Assembly: GCA_948530865.1 (NCBI GenBank)
Contig: CAOTKV010000004.1
Coordinates: 76,259-108,258, forward strand
Length of the DNA: 32,000 bases
Direction: 5' to 3'
Origin: an uncultured Clostridia bacterium
GTDB taxonomy: Bacteria; Bacillota; Clostridia; TANB77; CAG-508
Shown: piece by piece, positions 1 to 9,906 of the stretch
How the letters are laid out: each line of letters starts with the position of its first letter
Position numbering within the stretch: the first letter of the stretch is position 1
Program-made: the position numbers and the translations under genes
Notes under the pieces: generated by a model
The model's input: the letters and a program-made list of their open reading frames with translations, nothing else
Told to the model about the DNA's origin: nothing
Database searches by the model: none

Positions 1-1559
1 TAAGTTAATTCCGTTCTTTTTAATAATTCTGAAAGTTTTATACCTGTTGATATTTCAGCAGTTTCATTTTCTCTTAAAAATTTATTTGTTTCTTCTGTTG
101 GTTTAATAATCGTAGAATTTAATCTGTCTATTTCTTCTTCTATTTGATTTTTCTTTAATAAAAATTTATTATATCTTTCTTCTGATATCAAACCTACTTC
201 ATGTCCAATTTCTGTTAATCTTAAATCTGCATTATCTTGTCTTAATAGCAATCTATATTCTGCTCTGGAAGTCATCATTCTGTAAGGTTCTTGAGTACTT
301 TTAGTAACAATATCATCTATTAAAACACCTATATATGCATCTGATCTATCAAGTATAACTGGTGCTTTTCCTTTAATTTTTTGAGCTGCATTTATTCCTG
401 CAATTAATCCTTGGCATGCAGCTTCTTCATATCCTGATGTTCCATTTATTTGTCCTGCAAAAAACATTCCGCTTATGGCTTTTAATTCTAAAGAACTCTT
501 TAATTGTGATGGTTCTATTGAATCATATTCTATTGCATATGCTGGTCTTGTAAATTCTGCATTTTCTAATCCTGGAAGTGTTCTATACATTGCTATTTGA
601 ACATCTTCTGGAAGTGAAGAGCTCATTCCTTGTATATACATTTCATTTGTATCAAGTCCAACAGGCTCAACAAATATTTGGTGTCTTTCTTTATCTGCAA
701 ACCTTACTACTTTATCTTCTATTGAAGGGCAATATCTTGGTCCTGTACCTTCTATAACTCCAGCATACATTGGAGATCTATGAAGATTATTTCTAATAAT
801 TTCATGTGTTTTATTATTTGTATATGTAAGCCAACAAGGAACTTGCTCAAATTTAGGCATTTCATCTTCAAAAGAAAATGGTACTAAATCTTTATCTCCT
901 TCTTGTATTTCCATTTTAGAAAAATCTATACTATTTTTATTAATTCTTGCTGGTGTTCCTGTTTTAAATCTTTGAATTTCTATATTTAGATTTTTTAAAC
1001 ATTCTGATAATTTATTTGCTGCTGCTACTCCATCAGGACCACTTTCATAAGATGTCTCACCTATATATATCTTTCCTTTTAAATATGTACCAGTTGCTAA
1101 TATAACACAATCAACATGATATATTGCTCCTAAGTTTGTTTCAACAGCTACAATTTTTCCATTTTCCACTTGAATATCAACAATTTCAGCTTGTTTAACA
1201 AATAAATTTTCTTGTTTTTCTAAAGTATGCTTCATTTCCATTTGATATCTTTTTCTATCTGCCTGAGCTCTTAATGAATGTACAGCTGGACCTTTTGATG
1301 TATTTAGCATTCTTAATTGTATCATTGTTTTATCAATATTTTTTCCCATTTCTCCACCAAGGCTATCTATTTCTCGTACTAAATGACCTTTTGATGTTCC
1401 TCCTATATGAGGATTACATGGCATATTAGCTATACACTCTAAACTTATTGAAAAAATCAGTGTTTTCATTCCCAATCTTGCTGCTGCAAGTGCTGCTTCA
1501 CACCCTGCATGTCCAGCTCCTATTACTGCCACATCATATTTACCTGCATCATACTTCAT
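1..1559 (-). CDS. mnmG: tRNA uridine 5-carboxymethylaminomethyl modification enzyme MnmG (GidA); 3' end runs off the left edge
   Basis: Absent from the ORF track because it is truncated by the window edge. Hand translation of the minus strand from the ATG (complement of 1557-1559) gives [36 protein letters not shown]...[28 protein letters not shown]. This has the FAD-binding GxGxxG and the canonical MnmG N-terminus. The frame stays open to nt 1 (...[16 protein letters not shown]). Confidence 0.9.
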   Translation of the reverse strand, partial: MKYDAGKYDVAVIGAGHAGCEAALAAARLGMKTLIFSISLECIANMPCNPHIGGTSKGHLVREIDSLGGEMGKNIDKTMIQLRMLNTSKGPAVHSLRAQADRKRYQMEMKHTLEKQENLFVKQAEIVDIQVENGKIVAVETNLGAIYHVDCVILATGTYLKGKIYIGETSYESGPDGVAAANKLSECLKNLNIEIQRFKTGTPARINKNSIDFSKMEIQEGDKDLVPFSFEDEMPKFEQVPCWLTYTNNKTHEIIRNNLHRSPMYAGVIEGTGPRYCPSIEDKVVRFADKERHQIFVEPVGLDTNEMYIQGMSSSLPEDVQIAMYRTLPGLENAEFTRPAYAIEYDSIEPSQLKSSLELKAISGMFFAGQINGTSGYEEAACQGLIAGINAAQKIKGKAPVILDRSDAYIGVLIDDIVTKSTQEPYRMMTSRAEYRLLLRQDNADLRLTEIGHEVGLISEERYNKFLLKKNQIEEEIDRLNSTIIKPTEETNKFLRENETAEISTGIKLSELLKRTELT

Positions 1560-1604
1560 TTTATTAATATTCCTTTCCTCTATTTGTTTTTCGTGAAACA
1601 ATTT

Positions 1605-2969
1605 CTATTTTCCTAAACAAAATTTAGAAAATATTTCAGATATAACATCCTCTGTAACTGTCTCTCCTGTTATCTTTCCAAGTTCTTCAATTATTTCTTT
1701 TAAATATGTAGAAATTATATCTATTGGCATATTATTTCTTATTGTTTCTCTTGCTTTATCTAAATTTTTCCTTGAATTTATTATTATATTTTTATGTCTT
1801 TCATTGCTTACTATTGTTTCTCCATCAATAGCAATTTCATTTAATTTGAACATTTTAGAAATTTCATCATAAAGAGTATCTAAACCATCTCTTGTTTTTG
1901 TTGATATTTCAACAATTGGCTTATTATATTTTTCTATTTCTTCTACTTCGATTTTCTTATCTAAGTCTATTTTATTCAATAATATAATAGAATTTTTATT
2001 TTTTAATAAATTTAATATATCTCTATCTTCTGTTGTTAATTTTTTATTACTATCAAAAATAGCTATTATTATATCACTCTTTTTAGCAATTTCCTTTGCT
2101 TTATTTACTCCTATTTTTTCAACTTCATCATTTGCATTTCTTATTCCTGCTGTATCTATTATTTTTAAAGGAATTCCTTGTATTGATATAAATTCTTCAA
2201 TTGTATCTCTTGTAGTTCCTTCTATATCTGTAACAATAGCTCTTTCCTCATTTAATATAAGATTTAATAAAGATGATTTTCCAGCATTTGGCTTACCTAT
2301 AATTGCTGTACTTATTCCTTCTCTTAAAATTTTACCATTATAAAAACTTTTTTCTAATGATTCTAAGATATCATTTACTTCATCTAAAGTTTTTAAAATT
2401 CTACTATATGTTACTTCTTCTAAATCATATTCTGGATAATCAATTGTAGCCTCAATATCAGCCATTATTGAAATAATTGTTTTTCTTATTTGAGTTATTT
2501 TATCTGATAAATTTCCTTCAAGCTGTTCTAAAGAAACTTTTGCTTCTCTTTCTGTTTTGGAATTTATTATATCTATAACTGCTTCAGCTTGAGATAAATC
2601 CAATCTTCCATTTAAGAAAGCTCTTTTGGTAAATTCTCCTGCTTCTGCAAGTTCTGCACCATTTTTTACACATATATCTAATATTTTATTCATTATAACA
2701 ATTCCACCATGTGAATTTATTTCACACATATTTTCAGCTGTATAGCTTTTTGGAGCTTTAAAATATGAAACTAATACTTCATCAATTATATTATCATTAT
2801 CTACTATATGTCCGTATTTAATTGAATATCCTTTTATGTCATCAATATTTTGATGATTTTTTTGCTTAAATACTTTATCTAATATATTAAAGCATTCTTC
2901 TCCGCTCATTCTAATTATTCCAATTCCACCTATTCCTGGCGCTGTTGAAATTGCTACAATAGTACTCAT
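1605..2969 (-). CDS. mnmE: tRNA modification GTPase MnmE (TrmE)
   Basis: 454-aa ORF with GTPase motifs GKPNAGKSSLLN and DTAGIR and the C-terminal FCLGK typical of MnmE. It sits in the conserved mnmE-mnmG pair next to jag/yidC. Confidence 0.95.
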   Translation of the reverse strand: MSTIVAISTAPGIGGIGIIRMSGEECFNILDKVFKQKNHQNIDDIKGYSIKYGHIVDNDNIIDEVLVSYFKAPKSYTAENMCEINSHGGIVIMNKILDICVKNGAELAEAGEFTKRAFLNGRLDLSQAEAVIDIINSKTEREAKVSLEQLEGNLSDKITQIRKTIISIMADIEATIDYPEYDLEEVTYSRILKTLDEVNDILESLEKSFYNGKILREGISTAIIGKPNAGKSSLLNLILNEERAIVTDIEGTTRDTIEEFISIQGIPLKIIDTAGIRNANDEVEKIGVNKAKEIAKKSDIIIAIFDSNKKLTTEDRDILNLLKNKNSIILLNKIDLDKKIEVEEIEKYNKPIVEISTKTRDGLDTLYDEISKMFKLNEIAIDGETIVSNERHKNIIINSRKNLDKARETIRNNMPIDIISTYLKEIIEELGKITGETVTEDVISEIFSKFCLGK

Positions 2970-3002
2970 TTTTTCTCCTTTTTCTCTTAAAAATCGCTTA
3001 AT

Positions 3003-3031
3003 ATTATATCATAATTTACATAATTGTACAA
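3003..3031 (-). promoter_or_regulatory. candidate sigma-A promoter for mnmE-mnmG
   Basis: Minus strand reads TTGTAC (3031-3026), a 17-nt spacer, then TATAAT (3008-3003). It lies downstream of the jag terminator and upstream of the mnmE start. Confidence 0.4.
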
Positions 3032-3071
3032 GGTAAAATATATTAATCTTACTTTTTTATTTTTATAAATG

Positions 3072-3101
3072 AAAAAAAGAGAAGATTTCTCAATCTTCTC
3101 T
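3072..3101 (-). terminator. intrinsic terminator after jag
   Basis: 9-bp stem AGAGAAGAT/ATCTTCTCT (3078-3086 / 3093-3101) with a 6-nt loop. On the minus strand it is followed by a T7 run (complement of 3072-3077). Confidence 0.5.
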
Positions 3102-3102
3102 T

Positions 3103-3804
3103 CTATTTATTTAAACTTACAACAATTTTTCTATATGGTTCTTCTCCAACACTATGTGTTTTTACTTTATTATTTTCTTGTAATTTTGTATGAATTATTT
3201 TTCTTTCATATGCTGGCATAGGTTCTAAAGTAATTTCTTTTTTTGTTCTAATAACAGTTCCAGCAATTTTGGTTGCTAAAATTTGTAAGTCTTTTTCTCT
3301 TTTTTCTCTATATCCACCAATATTTAATTGTACTCTTATTTTTTCTTTACTTGATTTTGAAGCTATATTACTAATAACTGTTTGTATGCTATTTAGTACT
3401 TCTCCCCTATATCCTATTAAATATCCAGTGTCTTCACCCTTTATCTCAATTTTTATAATGCCATTATCTTCAATCATTTCATATTTTAAATCTTTATTAG
3501 GAAGCTTTGAAATAAATTCATCTAAGAATTTTTTCAAATTTTCCATACATCCATGTATTTCTTCTGTGCTTATTTTCTCTGTTTTAACTACTTTTTTTGG
3601 TTCATTTTCTTTTTCTTCAAAATTTTCTTTCAATTTCATTTCTACTTTTACAACTCTTGGTGTTAAAATACTAAAAAAACTTCTTTTATCCTCTTGCTCT
3701 AATACTTTTATATCAACTTTATTTTTTGATACTTTTAGTTCTTTTAGTCCTTTTTCAATAGCTTCAGTAGAAGTTTTTCCTTCAAAAACATATACTTTAT
3801 CCAT
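3103..3804 (-). CDS. jag: Jag/KhpB-type RNA-binding protein (Jag_N, KH and R3H domains)
   Basis: 233-aa ORF. The N-terminus MDKVYVFEGKTSTEAIEKGLKEL is Jag_N-like, and the C-terminal ...ERKIIHTKLQ...THSVGEEPYRKIVV is R3H-like. Conserved position directly downstream of yidC. Confidence 0.85.
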   Translation of the reverse strand: MDKVYVFEGKTSTEAIEKGLKELKVSKNKVDIKVLEQEDKRSFFSILTPRVVKVEMKLKENFEEKENEPKKVVKTEKISTEEIHGCMENLKKFLDEFISKLPNKDLKYEMIEDNGIIKIEIKGEDTGYLIGYRGEVLNSIQTVISNIASKSSKEKIRVQLNIGGYREKREKDLQILATKIAGTVIRTKKEITLEPMPAYERKIIHTKLQENNKVKTHSVGEEPYRKIVVSLNK

Positions 3805-4672
3805 TATCTTCCTCCCCTTTTTTGAAAAATTTATTTAATATTAATCTTTCGCATAATGAAAATAAATTTCCTACTAACCAGTATAATGCTAGTCCTAGAG
3901 GTGCAATTAATGCAATACTTACTGACATAATTGGAACCATAAGTTGCATTTGTTTATTCATTTCTGTCATTGCTTCTGCTTCTTTATTTTCTTTCTTTTC
4001 TTCTTGTTTTATTAATGCTTTTTCTTCTTTCTTTTTTGCAATTTCTTTAGGGTCTTTAGTTAGTAATGTTATAATTTTTGTAGAAACAAATGAAGTAAAA
4101 ACATATAAAATAGGTATTATATATACCTTCCAATTTGTATAATTCTCAGATGGTATATCACTTAAATCTAAACCTAAGAAATCCATGTTTATTCTTACAG
4201 ATTCATCTTTTTCTCTCATCTCTTTTATAACAGCAATCTCTCTGTATCTAACATTTTTCCCTTCATTTGTTATTTGAGTAACATAATTATCTATTTTATC
4301 AGTTTCTACTTGTTTCATATATGTTAGTGGTTGACTAACTAAATAAAACATAGCTAGTACTAGAAACATTTGAACAATAGAAGTTAAGCATCCAGAAAAT
4401 GGACTATAATGTTCTCTTTTATATAAATCCATTAATTCTTGACTTTGTCTTGCTTGATCATTACTATACTTATCTTGAATTTCTAAAATTTTCTTTTGCA
4501 TTTCTGAATTCTTTTTCATACTTTTTTGTTGTTTTATAGAAATTGGTAGCATTACTAATTTTAAAATAATTGTAAAAATAATTATAGCAAGTCCATAGTT
4601 ATTAACAAATCCATAAATAAAATTTAATAAATAACCAAAAATAGTAGCAAAAAAAGTAATAATTGTTTTCAT
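3797..4672 (-). CDS. yidC: membrane protein insertase YidC/Oxa1 family (short Firmicute type)
   Basis: 291-aa polytopic membrane ORF with YidC-like segments (...PISIKQQKSM..., ...PLGLALYWLVGNLFS...). It sits in the yidD-yidC-jag synteny and overlaps jag by 8 nt. Confidence 0.9.
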   Translation of the reverse strand: MKTIITFFATIFGYLLNFIYGFVNNYGLAIIIFTIILKLVMLPISIKQQKSMKKNSEMQKKILEIQDKYSNDQARQSQELMDLYKREHYSPFSGCLTSIVQMFLVLAMFYLVSQPLTYMKQVETDKIDNYVTQITNEGKNVRYREIAVIKEMREKDESVRINMDFLGLDLSDIPSENYTNWKVYIIPILYVFTSFVSTKIITLLTKDPKEIAKKKEEKALIKQEEKKENKEAEAMTEMNKQMQLMVPIMSVSIALIAPLGLALYWLVGNLFSLCERLILNKFFKKGEEDNG

Positions 4673-4681
4673 AATCCCTCC

Positions 4682-4894
4682 CTATTTTAAAGGATCGTAT
4701 CCACCTTTTGAAAATGGATTACATTTTAAAATTCTTATTATTCCTTTTATTGTGCCTTTTACTACTCCATATTTCTCTATTGCTTGCTTTGTGTATTCTG
4801 AACATGTTGGATAATATTTACAATTATGCCCTAATAATGGGGATATTCTTTTTTGATAAAAATTAATTATTCTTATAAATATTTTTTTCAACAT
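4682..4894 (-). CDS. yidD: membrane protein insertion efficiency factor YidD
   Basis: 70 aa with the hallmark YQKRISPLLGHNCKYYPTCSEYTKQAIEKYG...CNPFSKGGYDP. Confidence 0.9.
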   Translation of the reverse strand: MLKKIFIRIINFYQKRISPLLGHNCKYYPTCSEYTKQAIEKYGVVKGTIKGIIRILKCNPFSKGGYDPLK

Positions 4895-4895
4895 A

Positions 4896-5240
4896 TTAGT
4901 CTACCCAAACATCGGCTTTTTTCAATGTTCTTTTGAAATTTTCTTTTATATCATAATAAGAAATTTCTTTTATATCCTTTTCTTTATTTATAACAATTAA
5001 AATACTCGTTCCCAACTTTATATTTTCTTCAAAGATTTTATAATTTTCTCTTATAAGCCTTTTTATTCGATTTCTAGCTACCGCTTTCCCCTGTTTTCCA
5101 GAAACTGCAATACCTAGCTTATTATATGGTTTATTTATTCCTTTTATATACATATGAATAAATTGTCCATAAAAAAACTTTCCTTTTGAAAATAAGTTTT
5201 TAAACTCATAATTTTTTTTAATCATTATTGTTTTTTTCAT
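4896..5240 (-). CDS. rnpA: ribonuclease P protein component
   Basis: 114-aa basic protein with the RNR motif (GKAVARNRIKRLIRE), immediately downstream of rpmH. Confidence 0.9.
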   Translation of the reverse strand: MKKTIMIKKNYEFKNLFSKGKFFYGQFIHMYIKGINKPYNKLGIAVSGKQGKAVARNRIKRLIRENYKIFEENIKLGTSILIVINKEKDIKEISYYDIKENFKRTLKKADVWVD

Positions 5241-5263
5241 TTTAAATCTTTCCTTTATACAAG

Positions 5264-5288
5264 AAAAAGGGCATTAATCGCCCTTTTG
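5264..5288 (-). terminator. hairpin between rpmH and rnpA (terminator/attenuator)
   Basis: Stem AAAAGGGC/GCCCTTTT (5265-5272 / 5280-5287) with a 7-nt loop. On the minus strand it is followed by TTTTTCTT. Confidence 0.45.
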
Positions 5289-5294
5289 TTCAAT

Positions 5295-5429
5295 TTAAGC
5301 AGAAATTTTTTTTCTTCCTTTATTTCTTCTTGCTTTTAAAACATTTCTTCCAGCTCTTGTTTGCATTCTTTTTCTGAAACCATGAACTTTATTTCTTTGT
5401 CTTTTTTTTGGTTGGTATGTTCTTTTCAT
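5295..5429 (-). CDS. rpmH: 50S ribosomal protein L34
   Basis: Too short for the ORF track. Hand translation of the minus strand gives [44 protein letters not shown] (44 aa), a textbook L34. An SD GGAGG lies upstream (complement of 5436-5440). Confidence 0.92.
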   Translation of the reverse strand: MKRTYQPKKRQRNKVHGFRKRMQTRAGRNVLKARRNKGRKKISA

Positions 5430-5659
5430 TTTGCACCTCCTACTTTCTATATATAAATTTATTTTAAACTATTAATAAAATTTTGTAATAAATATGTAAT
5501 ATTTATTCAAAAGTAATTTCAATTATACAATAAAACATCATAAAAAGTCAAGCTATAATAAAAACTTTCGTAAATGACAAGTATTTTAAATTTTGACTTG
5601 TTTTTTTAAAATATTTTTGATATTATATGAGCACAATGGAGAAAAAGAACATTTAAAAG

Positions 5660-5738
5660 TTTTCCACAGATTGTTGATAACGAATTCGCCTGAGGCTACT
5701 ACTTTTTCATAGAGTTATGTGGACAACACTGTGGATAA
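5660..5738. promoter_or_regulatory. DnaA-box cluster upstream of dnaA (oriC part 1 / dnaA autoregulation)
   Basis: Boxes are TTTTCCACA 5660-5668, TGTTGATAA 5672-5680, TGTGGACAA 5718-5726 and a perfect TGTGGATAA 5730-5738. The consensus is TTATCCACA / TGTGGATAA. Confidence 0.7.
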
Positions 5739-5770
5739 ATCACACTTCAGAAAGGACGGTTTTTAAAACA

Positions 5771-7117
5771 ATGTATACCGACAAAAATGACCTACTTACA
5801 AAAGCAAAAGATCTATTAAAAGAAGAAATGACAACAATTTCATATACAACATGGATTAAAAGTTTAGAAATAGAATCAATAAAAGATAATAAAATTGTTT
5901 TAATTGCTCTTTCTAAAATGCAAAAAGATGCTATAGAATCAAGATTATTCGATTTAGTTTCTAACACATTCAATTTTATTACTAATAAAACATGCGAATT
6001 AGAAATTAAAGAAAAATCTGAAGTTGTATTAAATAAAGAGGTAGAAGAAGAAGAATCAGACTATGTTAATACAGAAAATTATAGCAATAGTTTTTTAAAT
6101 CCAAAATATACCTTTGATAATTTCGTTATAGGAAATAATAATAAATTTGCACAAGCTGCTGCAATAGCTGTTGCCGAAGCACCAGCAACTTCTTATAATC
6201 CATTATTTATATATGGTGGAGTTGGTCTTGGAAAAACACATTTAATGCATGCTATTGGAAATAAAATTATTCAAAATAATCCTAACACAAAGGTACTATA
6301 CGTAACATCAGAGCAATTTATTAATGAATTAATAAATTCAATAAAAGATGTAAATTATAAAAACGAATTATTTAGAAATAAATATAGAAATATAGATGTA
6401 TTATTAATAGATGATATTCAATTTATAGCAGGAAAGAAAATGGGGCAGGAGGAGTTTTTCCATACATTTAATACTTTACATCAAAATGGAAAACAAATAA
6501 TTATTTCTAGTGATAAACCACCTAGAGATATACCTCTTTTAGAAGAAAGATTAAAATCAAGATTTGAGTGGGGAATACTTGCAGATATTTCAATGCCAGA
6601 TTATGAAACAAGACTTGCTATATTAAGAAAAAAGGTACAAGCTGATAAAATTATTATAGATGATTATATATTATCTGTAATTGCTACAAAAATAGATTCA
6701 AATATAAGAGAACTTGAAGGCGCTTTAAATAAGATAGTTGCTTACGCATCATTAACTCACAGTCCAATTACTATCGAAATGGCAGAAAAATCAATTAATG
6801 ATATTGTACTTCAAAAAGAAAAAGTAATTTCTGCTGATTACATACAAGAAGTTGTTGCTAAATACTTTAATATAGATAAAAAAGATTTAGTATCTTCTAA
6901 AAAATCAAATGACATAGCTCATCCAAGACAAATTGCAATGTATTTATGTAGAACAATTGGACAAATGTCTTTTCCAAAAATTGGTGCTGATTTTGGTAAT
7001 AGAGATCACACTACAGTTATGCATGCCGTAAATAAAATTGAAAAAGAGATAAAAGAAAAAACAAATACAAAATTAATTGTGGAAAGTGTGAAAAACATAA
7101 TCCAAGAATCAAAATAA
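5771..7117 (+). CDS. dnaA: chromosomal replication initiator DnaA
   Basis: AAA+ Walker A GGVGLGKTHL, Walker B LLIDDIQF and the C-terminal DNA-binding signature DHTTVMHA. The start is moved from the track ATG 5717 to ATG 5771 (MYTDKNDLL...). This puts the conserved Trp (TTWIKS) about 28 aa in, as in Bacillus DnaA, and keeps the DnaA boxes 5718-5738 out of the CDS. Confidence 0.95.
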   Translation: MYTDKNDLLTKAKDLLKEEMTTISYTTWIKSLEIESIKDNKIVLIALSKMQKDAIESRLFDLVSNTFNFITNKTCELEIKEKSEVVLNKEVEEEESDYVNTENYSNSFLNPKYTFDNFVIGNNNKFAQAAAIAVAEAPATSYNPLFIYGGVGLGKTHLMHAIGNKIIQNNPNTKVLYVTSEQFINELINSIKDVNYKNELFRNKYRNIDVLLIDDIQFIAGKKMGQEEFFHTFNTLHQNGKQIIISSDKPPRDIPLLEERLKSRFEWGILADISMPDYETRLAILRKKVQADKIIIDDYILSVIATKIDSNIRELEGALNKIVAYASLTHSPITIEMAEKSINDIVLQKEKVISADYIQEVVAKYFNIDKKDLVSSKKSNDIAHPRQIAMYLCRTIGQMSFPKIGADFGNRDHTTVMHAVNKIEKEIKEKTNTKLIVESVKNIIQESK

Positions 7118-7156
7118 TTTATATTAAAGGAAAAGAAAGCAAAAATAAAAATATTG

Positions 7157-7426
7157 TTTTCCAAACATATTTTTTTACCAAAGAAGAGCTTTTAACTCTT
7201 ACGGAATAGCTAAAAAGGTTTTCCACAGCCTAGTGTGAAAATCTTGTACAAATTCTGTTAATAACTCTTAATTCACAAATGATATTGAATAGTGTGGAAA
7301 AAAGTGAAAATAATTCACAACCTTTTACACATACTTTTTCTTAGGGAAATAAAGGCTTTGAAGAGTTTTCCACTAAATCCACAACACCTAATACTAATAC
7401 TACTATTTATATTATATTTATTTAAA
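7157..7426. promoter_or_regulatory. DnaA-box cluster plus AT-only tract between dnaA and dnaN (oriC part 2 with candidate DUE)
   Basis: Boxes are TTTTCCACA 7219-7227, TGTGGAAAA 7293-7301, TTTTCCACT 7366-7374, AAATCCACA 7375-7383 and a weaker TTTTCCAAA 7157-7165. An A/T-only run spans 7404-7426, just before the dnaN SD. Confidence 0.7.
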
Positions 7427-7436
7427 GGAGATAAAA

Positions 7437-8552
7437 ATGAAAATTATTTGTGAAAAAGAAAAAATCTTAAAAGGAATTAACTCCGTAATAAATGGTGTTG
7501 CTTCTAAAACAACAATGCCTGTATTAGAAGGAATATTACTTCAAACAAATGATAATGAATTAAAACTAACATCTTATGATTTAGAAATAGGAATTGAATA
7601 TATATTAGAAGCTAATGTAGAAGAACAAGGAAATACTGTTGTAAATGCAGTTATGTTTAGTGAAATTATAAAAAGATTACCTTCTACAGAAATAAAAATA
7701 GCAATTAATGAAAATAACCTATTAGAAATAGAATGTGAAGGATCATTATATAAACTTGCTACAATGAATCCAGATGATTTTCCAGAATTACCAAAAATAA
7801 ATGTAGATAATTCAATAGAAATAGAACAAACTACTTTAAAAAATATGATAAGAAAAACTATATTTGCTGTAAGTACAGAAGAAAATAGACCCATATTTAC
7901 AGGATGTTTATTTGAAGTAAAAGAGAATAAATTAAATGTAGTTGCAGTTGATGGTTATAGATTAGCAGTAAAAACAAAAGAACTTATTAATAATGGAAAT
8001 GATTTTAGTAGTGTTATTCCAGGAAAAACATTAAATGAAGTAAATAAGATAATTTCAGATTCGTTTGATACTGTAAAAATAGGAATATCAAGAAACCAAG
8101 CATTATTTGAAATGGAAAATTGTAAAATAGTAACTAGATTATTAGATGGTGAATTTTTAAATTACTCTAATACTATTCCAAAAAATTGGGAAACGAGAGT
8201 AAAAGTAAATAAAAATAATATACAAAATTGTTTTGAGAGAATCTTATTAATTTCTGCATCTTCTATAGAAAGAGAGAAAAAGTATCCTGTAAAAATAAAT
8301 ATAGAAGTAGGAAAAGTAACTATTTCTTGTGCAAATCAAACAGGAGATGCAAAAGAAGAGATATATGTTGATACAGAAGGAAAAGAATTAGAAATAGGAT
8401 TTAACCCAAGATTTTTCTTAGATGCATTAAAAGCTATTGACGATGAAGATGTTTATATAGAATTTGGAACAAACAGATCTCCATGTATAATTAAGCCAGT
8501 TGAAGATGGAGATTACATATATATGATATTACCAATAAAAATGAAAGAATAA
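7437..8552 (+). CDS. dnaN: DNA polymerase III beta sliding clamp
   Basis: 371-aa ORF in canonical dnaA-dnaN order with clamp-like sequence (...VVAVDGYRLAV..., ...TRLLDGEFLNY...). SD AAAGGAG upstream. Confidence 0.95.
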   Translation: MKIICEKEKILKGINSVINGVASKTTMPVLEGILLQTNDNELKLTSYDLEIGIEYILEANVEEQGNTVVNAVMFSEIIKRLPSTEIKIAINENNLLEIECEGSLYKLATMNPDDFPELPKINVDNSIEIEQTTLKNMIRKTIFAVSTEENRPIFTGCLFEVKENKLNVVAVDGYRLAVKTKELINNGNDFSSVIPGKTLNEVNKIISDSFDTVKIGISRNQALFEMENCKIVTRLLDGEFLNYSNTIPKNWETRVKVNKNNIQNCFERILLISASSIEREKKYPVKINIEVGKVTISCANQTGDAKEEIYVDTEGKELEIGFNPRFFLDALKAIDDEDVYIEFGTNRSPCIIKPVEDGDYIYMILPIKMKE

Positions 8553-8582
8553 ATCCACAAAAAGATAACAAAATGTGGATAA
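8551..8582. promoter_or_regulatory. converging pair of DnaA boxes just downstream of dnaN
   Basis: AAATCCACA 8551-8559 and a perfect TGTGGATAA 8574-8582, in inverted orientation and 14 nt apart. Confidence 0.45.
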
Positions 8583-8598
8583 CACAAAGGAGATAAAA

Positions 8599-8805
8599 AT
8601 GGAAGATAAATTAAAAGAAATTTATGAAAAAGTAACAGATGTCTTTTTTGGAATAACAAAGAAAATGGATGATATGTCTGAAAGGATTTTTGAAGAGACA
8701 GGAAAGAAAATAAACATAAAATTAATTGTTTTAGGTGTTATGCTTGTAATTTTTGTTATAATCTTTGTGAAGTCATTTTTAGGGTGGCTTTGGACTTTAT
8801 TATAA
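8599..8805 (+). CDS. small single-pass membrane protein, unknown function
   Basis: ATG 8599 is preceded by SD AAAGGAG (8586-8592). The product is 68 aa with a C-terminal hydrophobic helix (LIVLGVMLVIFVIIFVKSFLGWLW). The track start 8575 lies inside a DnaA box and has no SD. Confidence 0.5.
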   Translation: MEDKLKEIYEKVTDVFFGITKKMDDMSERIFEETGKKINIKLIVLGVMLVIFVIIFVKSFLGWLWTLL

Positions 8806-8818
8806 TAGGAAATAGAAA

Positions 8819-9890
8819 ATGTATATAAAAGAAATAACATTAGAGAATTTTAGAAATTATGAAAAACAGAAAATTGAATTTAATGAGAATGTAAATGTTA
8901 TATATGGTAATAATGCACAGGGAAAAACCAATATAATAGAGGCTATCTTTTTGTGTTCTTATCGGAAAATCTTATAGAGCAAAGAAAGATAAGGAATTAA
9001 TAAATTTTAATTATGATAATAGTAATGTTGAAATTTTATATAAAAAAGTAGATAGAGAAGGAAAAATTAGAGCTAATATAAATGGCAAAAAAACTTTTTT
9101 TATTAATGATATAAAACAAAATAAAATTAGTGATATTGTTGGAAAAATAAATGTAGTAATTTTTACTCCTGATGATATTGAAATAATAAAGGATGGACCT
9201 CAAAGAAGAAGAAAATTCATAGATATGATGATTAGTTCTTTAAAACCTAATTATATTCATCTATTAAATTTATATAATAAAACATTAGAACAAAGAAATA
9301 ATTATTTACGCCAAATAAAGTATGAGAATAAAAATGCTAGAATGTTAGACATATGGGATGAACAATTATCAGAATATTCTTATAACATTTATGAATATAG
9401 AAAAAAATATATTGATAAAATATCAGAAAAGATAGAAGTTTTCCACAATTTGATAACAAAAAGTGGAAAAGAGAGAATAATAATAAAATACATTTCTAAT
9501 AGTAAAAATAAAGAATCTTTTTTAGAAAATTTGAAAAAATCTAGAAATATTGATATAAATAGAGGTTTTACGGCAACTGGAGTACACAGAGATGATTTTA
9601 TGATTTATATAAATGAAAAGCCAGTTTCTATTTTTGGCTCACAAGGACAACAACGAACAGCAACACTTACATTAAAACTTTGTGAACTTGAAATATTTAA
9701 AGAGGAAATAAATGATACACCAATATTACTATTGGATGATTTTATGTCTGAATTAGATGAAACAAGAAGAAAGAGTTTTTTAGAGAATATAAAAGGAAAT
9801 CAAGTAATTATTACTTGTACAGATAAAATTGAATTAAATACAGATTTTACAGAATTTTTTGTTGAAAAAGGTATCTGTACAAAGAAATAA
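8819..9890 (+). pseudogene. recF: recF (DNA replication/repair protein) with a single +1 frameshift in a T5 run
   Basis: ATG 8819 gives MYIKEITLENFRNYEKQKIEFNENVNVIYGNNAQGKTNIIEAIF (RecF Walker A GxNxQGKTN) and then hits TAG at 8975-8977. The +1 frame continues as CVLIGKSYRAKKDKELI... through to 9890, including the SQGQQRT signature and LLLDD. Removing one T from 8948-8952 restores EAIFCVLIGKSYR, colinear with Bacillus EAIYVLSMAKSHR. Confidence 0.85.
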
Positions 9891-9906
9891 AAGAAAGGAT
9901 TTATAT

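Noticed and set aside
3269-4142. Plus-strand ORFs 3269-3838 (189 aa) and 3822-4142 (106 aa) antisense to jag and yidC
   Set aside because: They are fully embedded antisense in confidently identified genes. The translations are low-complexity and F/S/I-rich, as is typical of shadow frames in AT-rich coding DNA. Neither has an SD.
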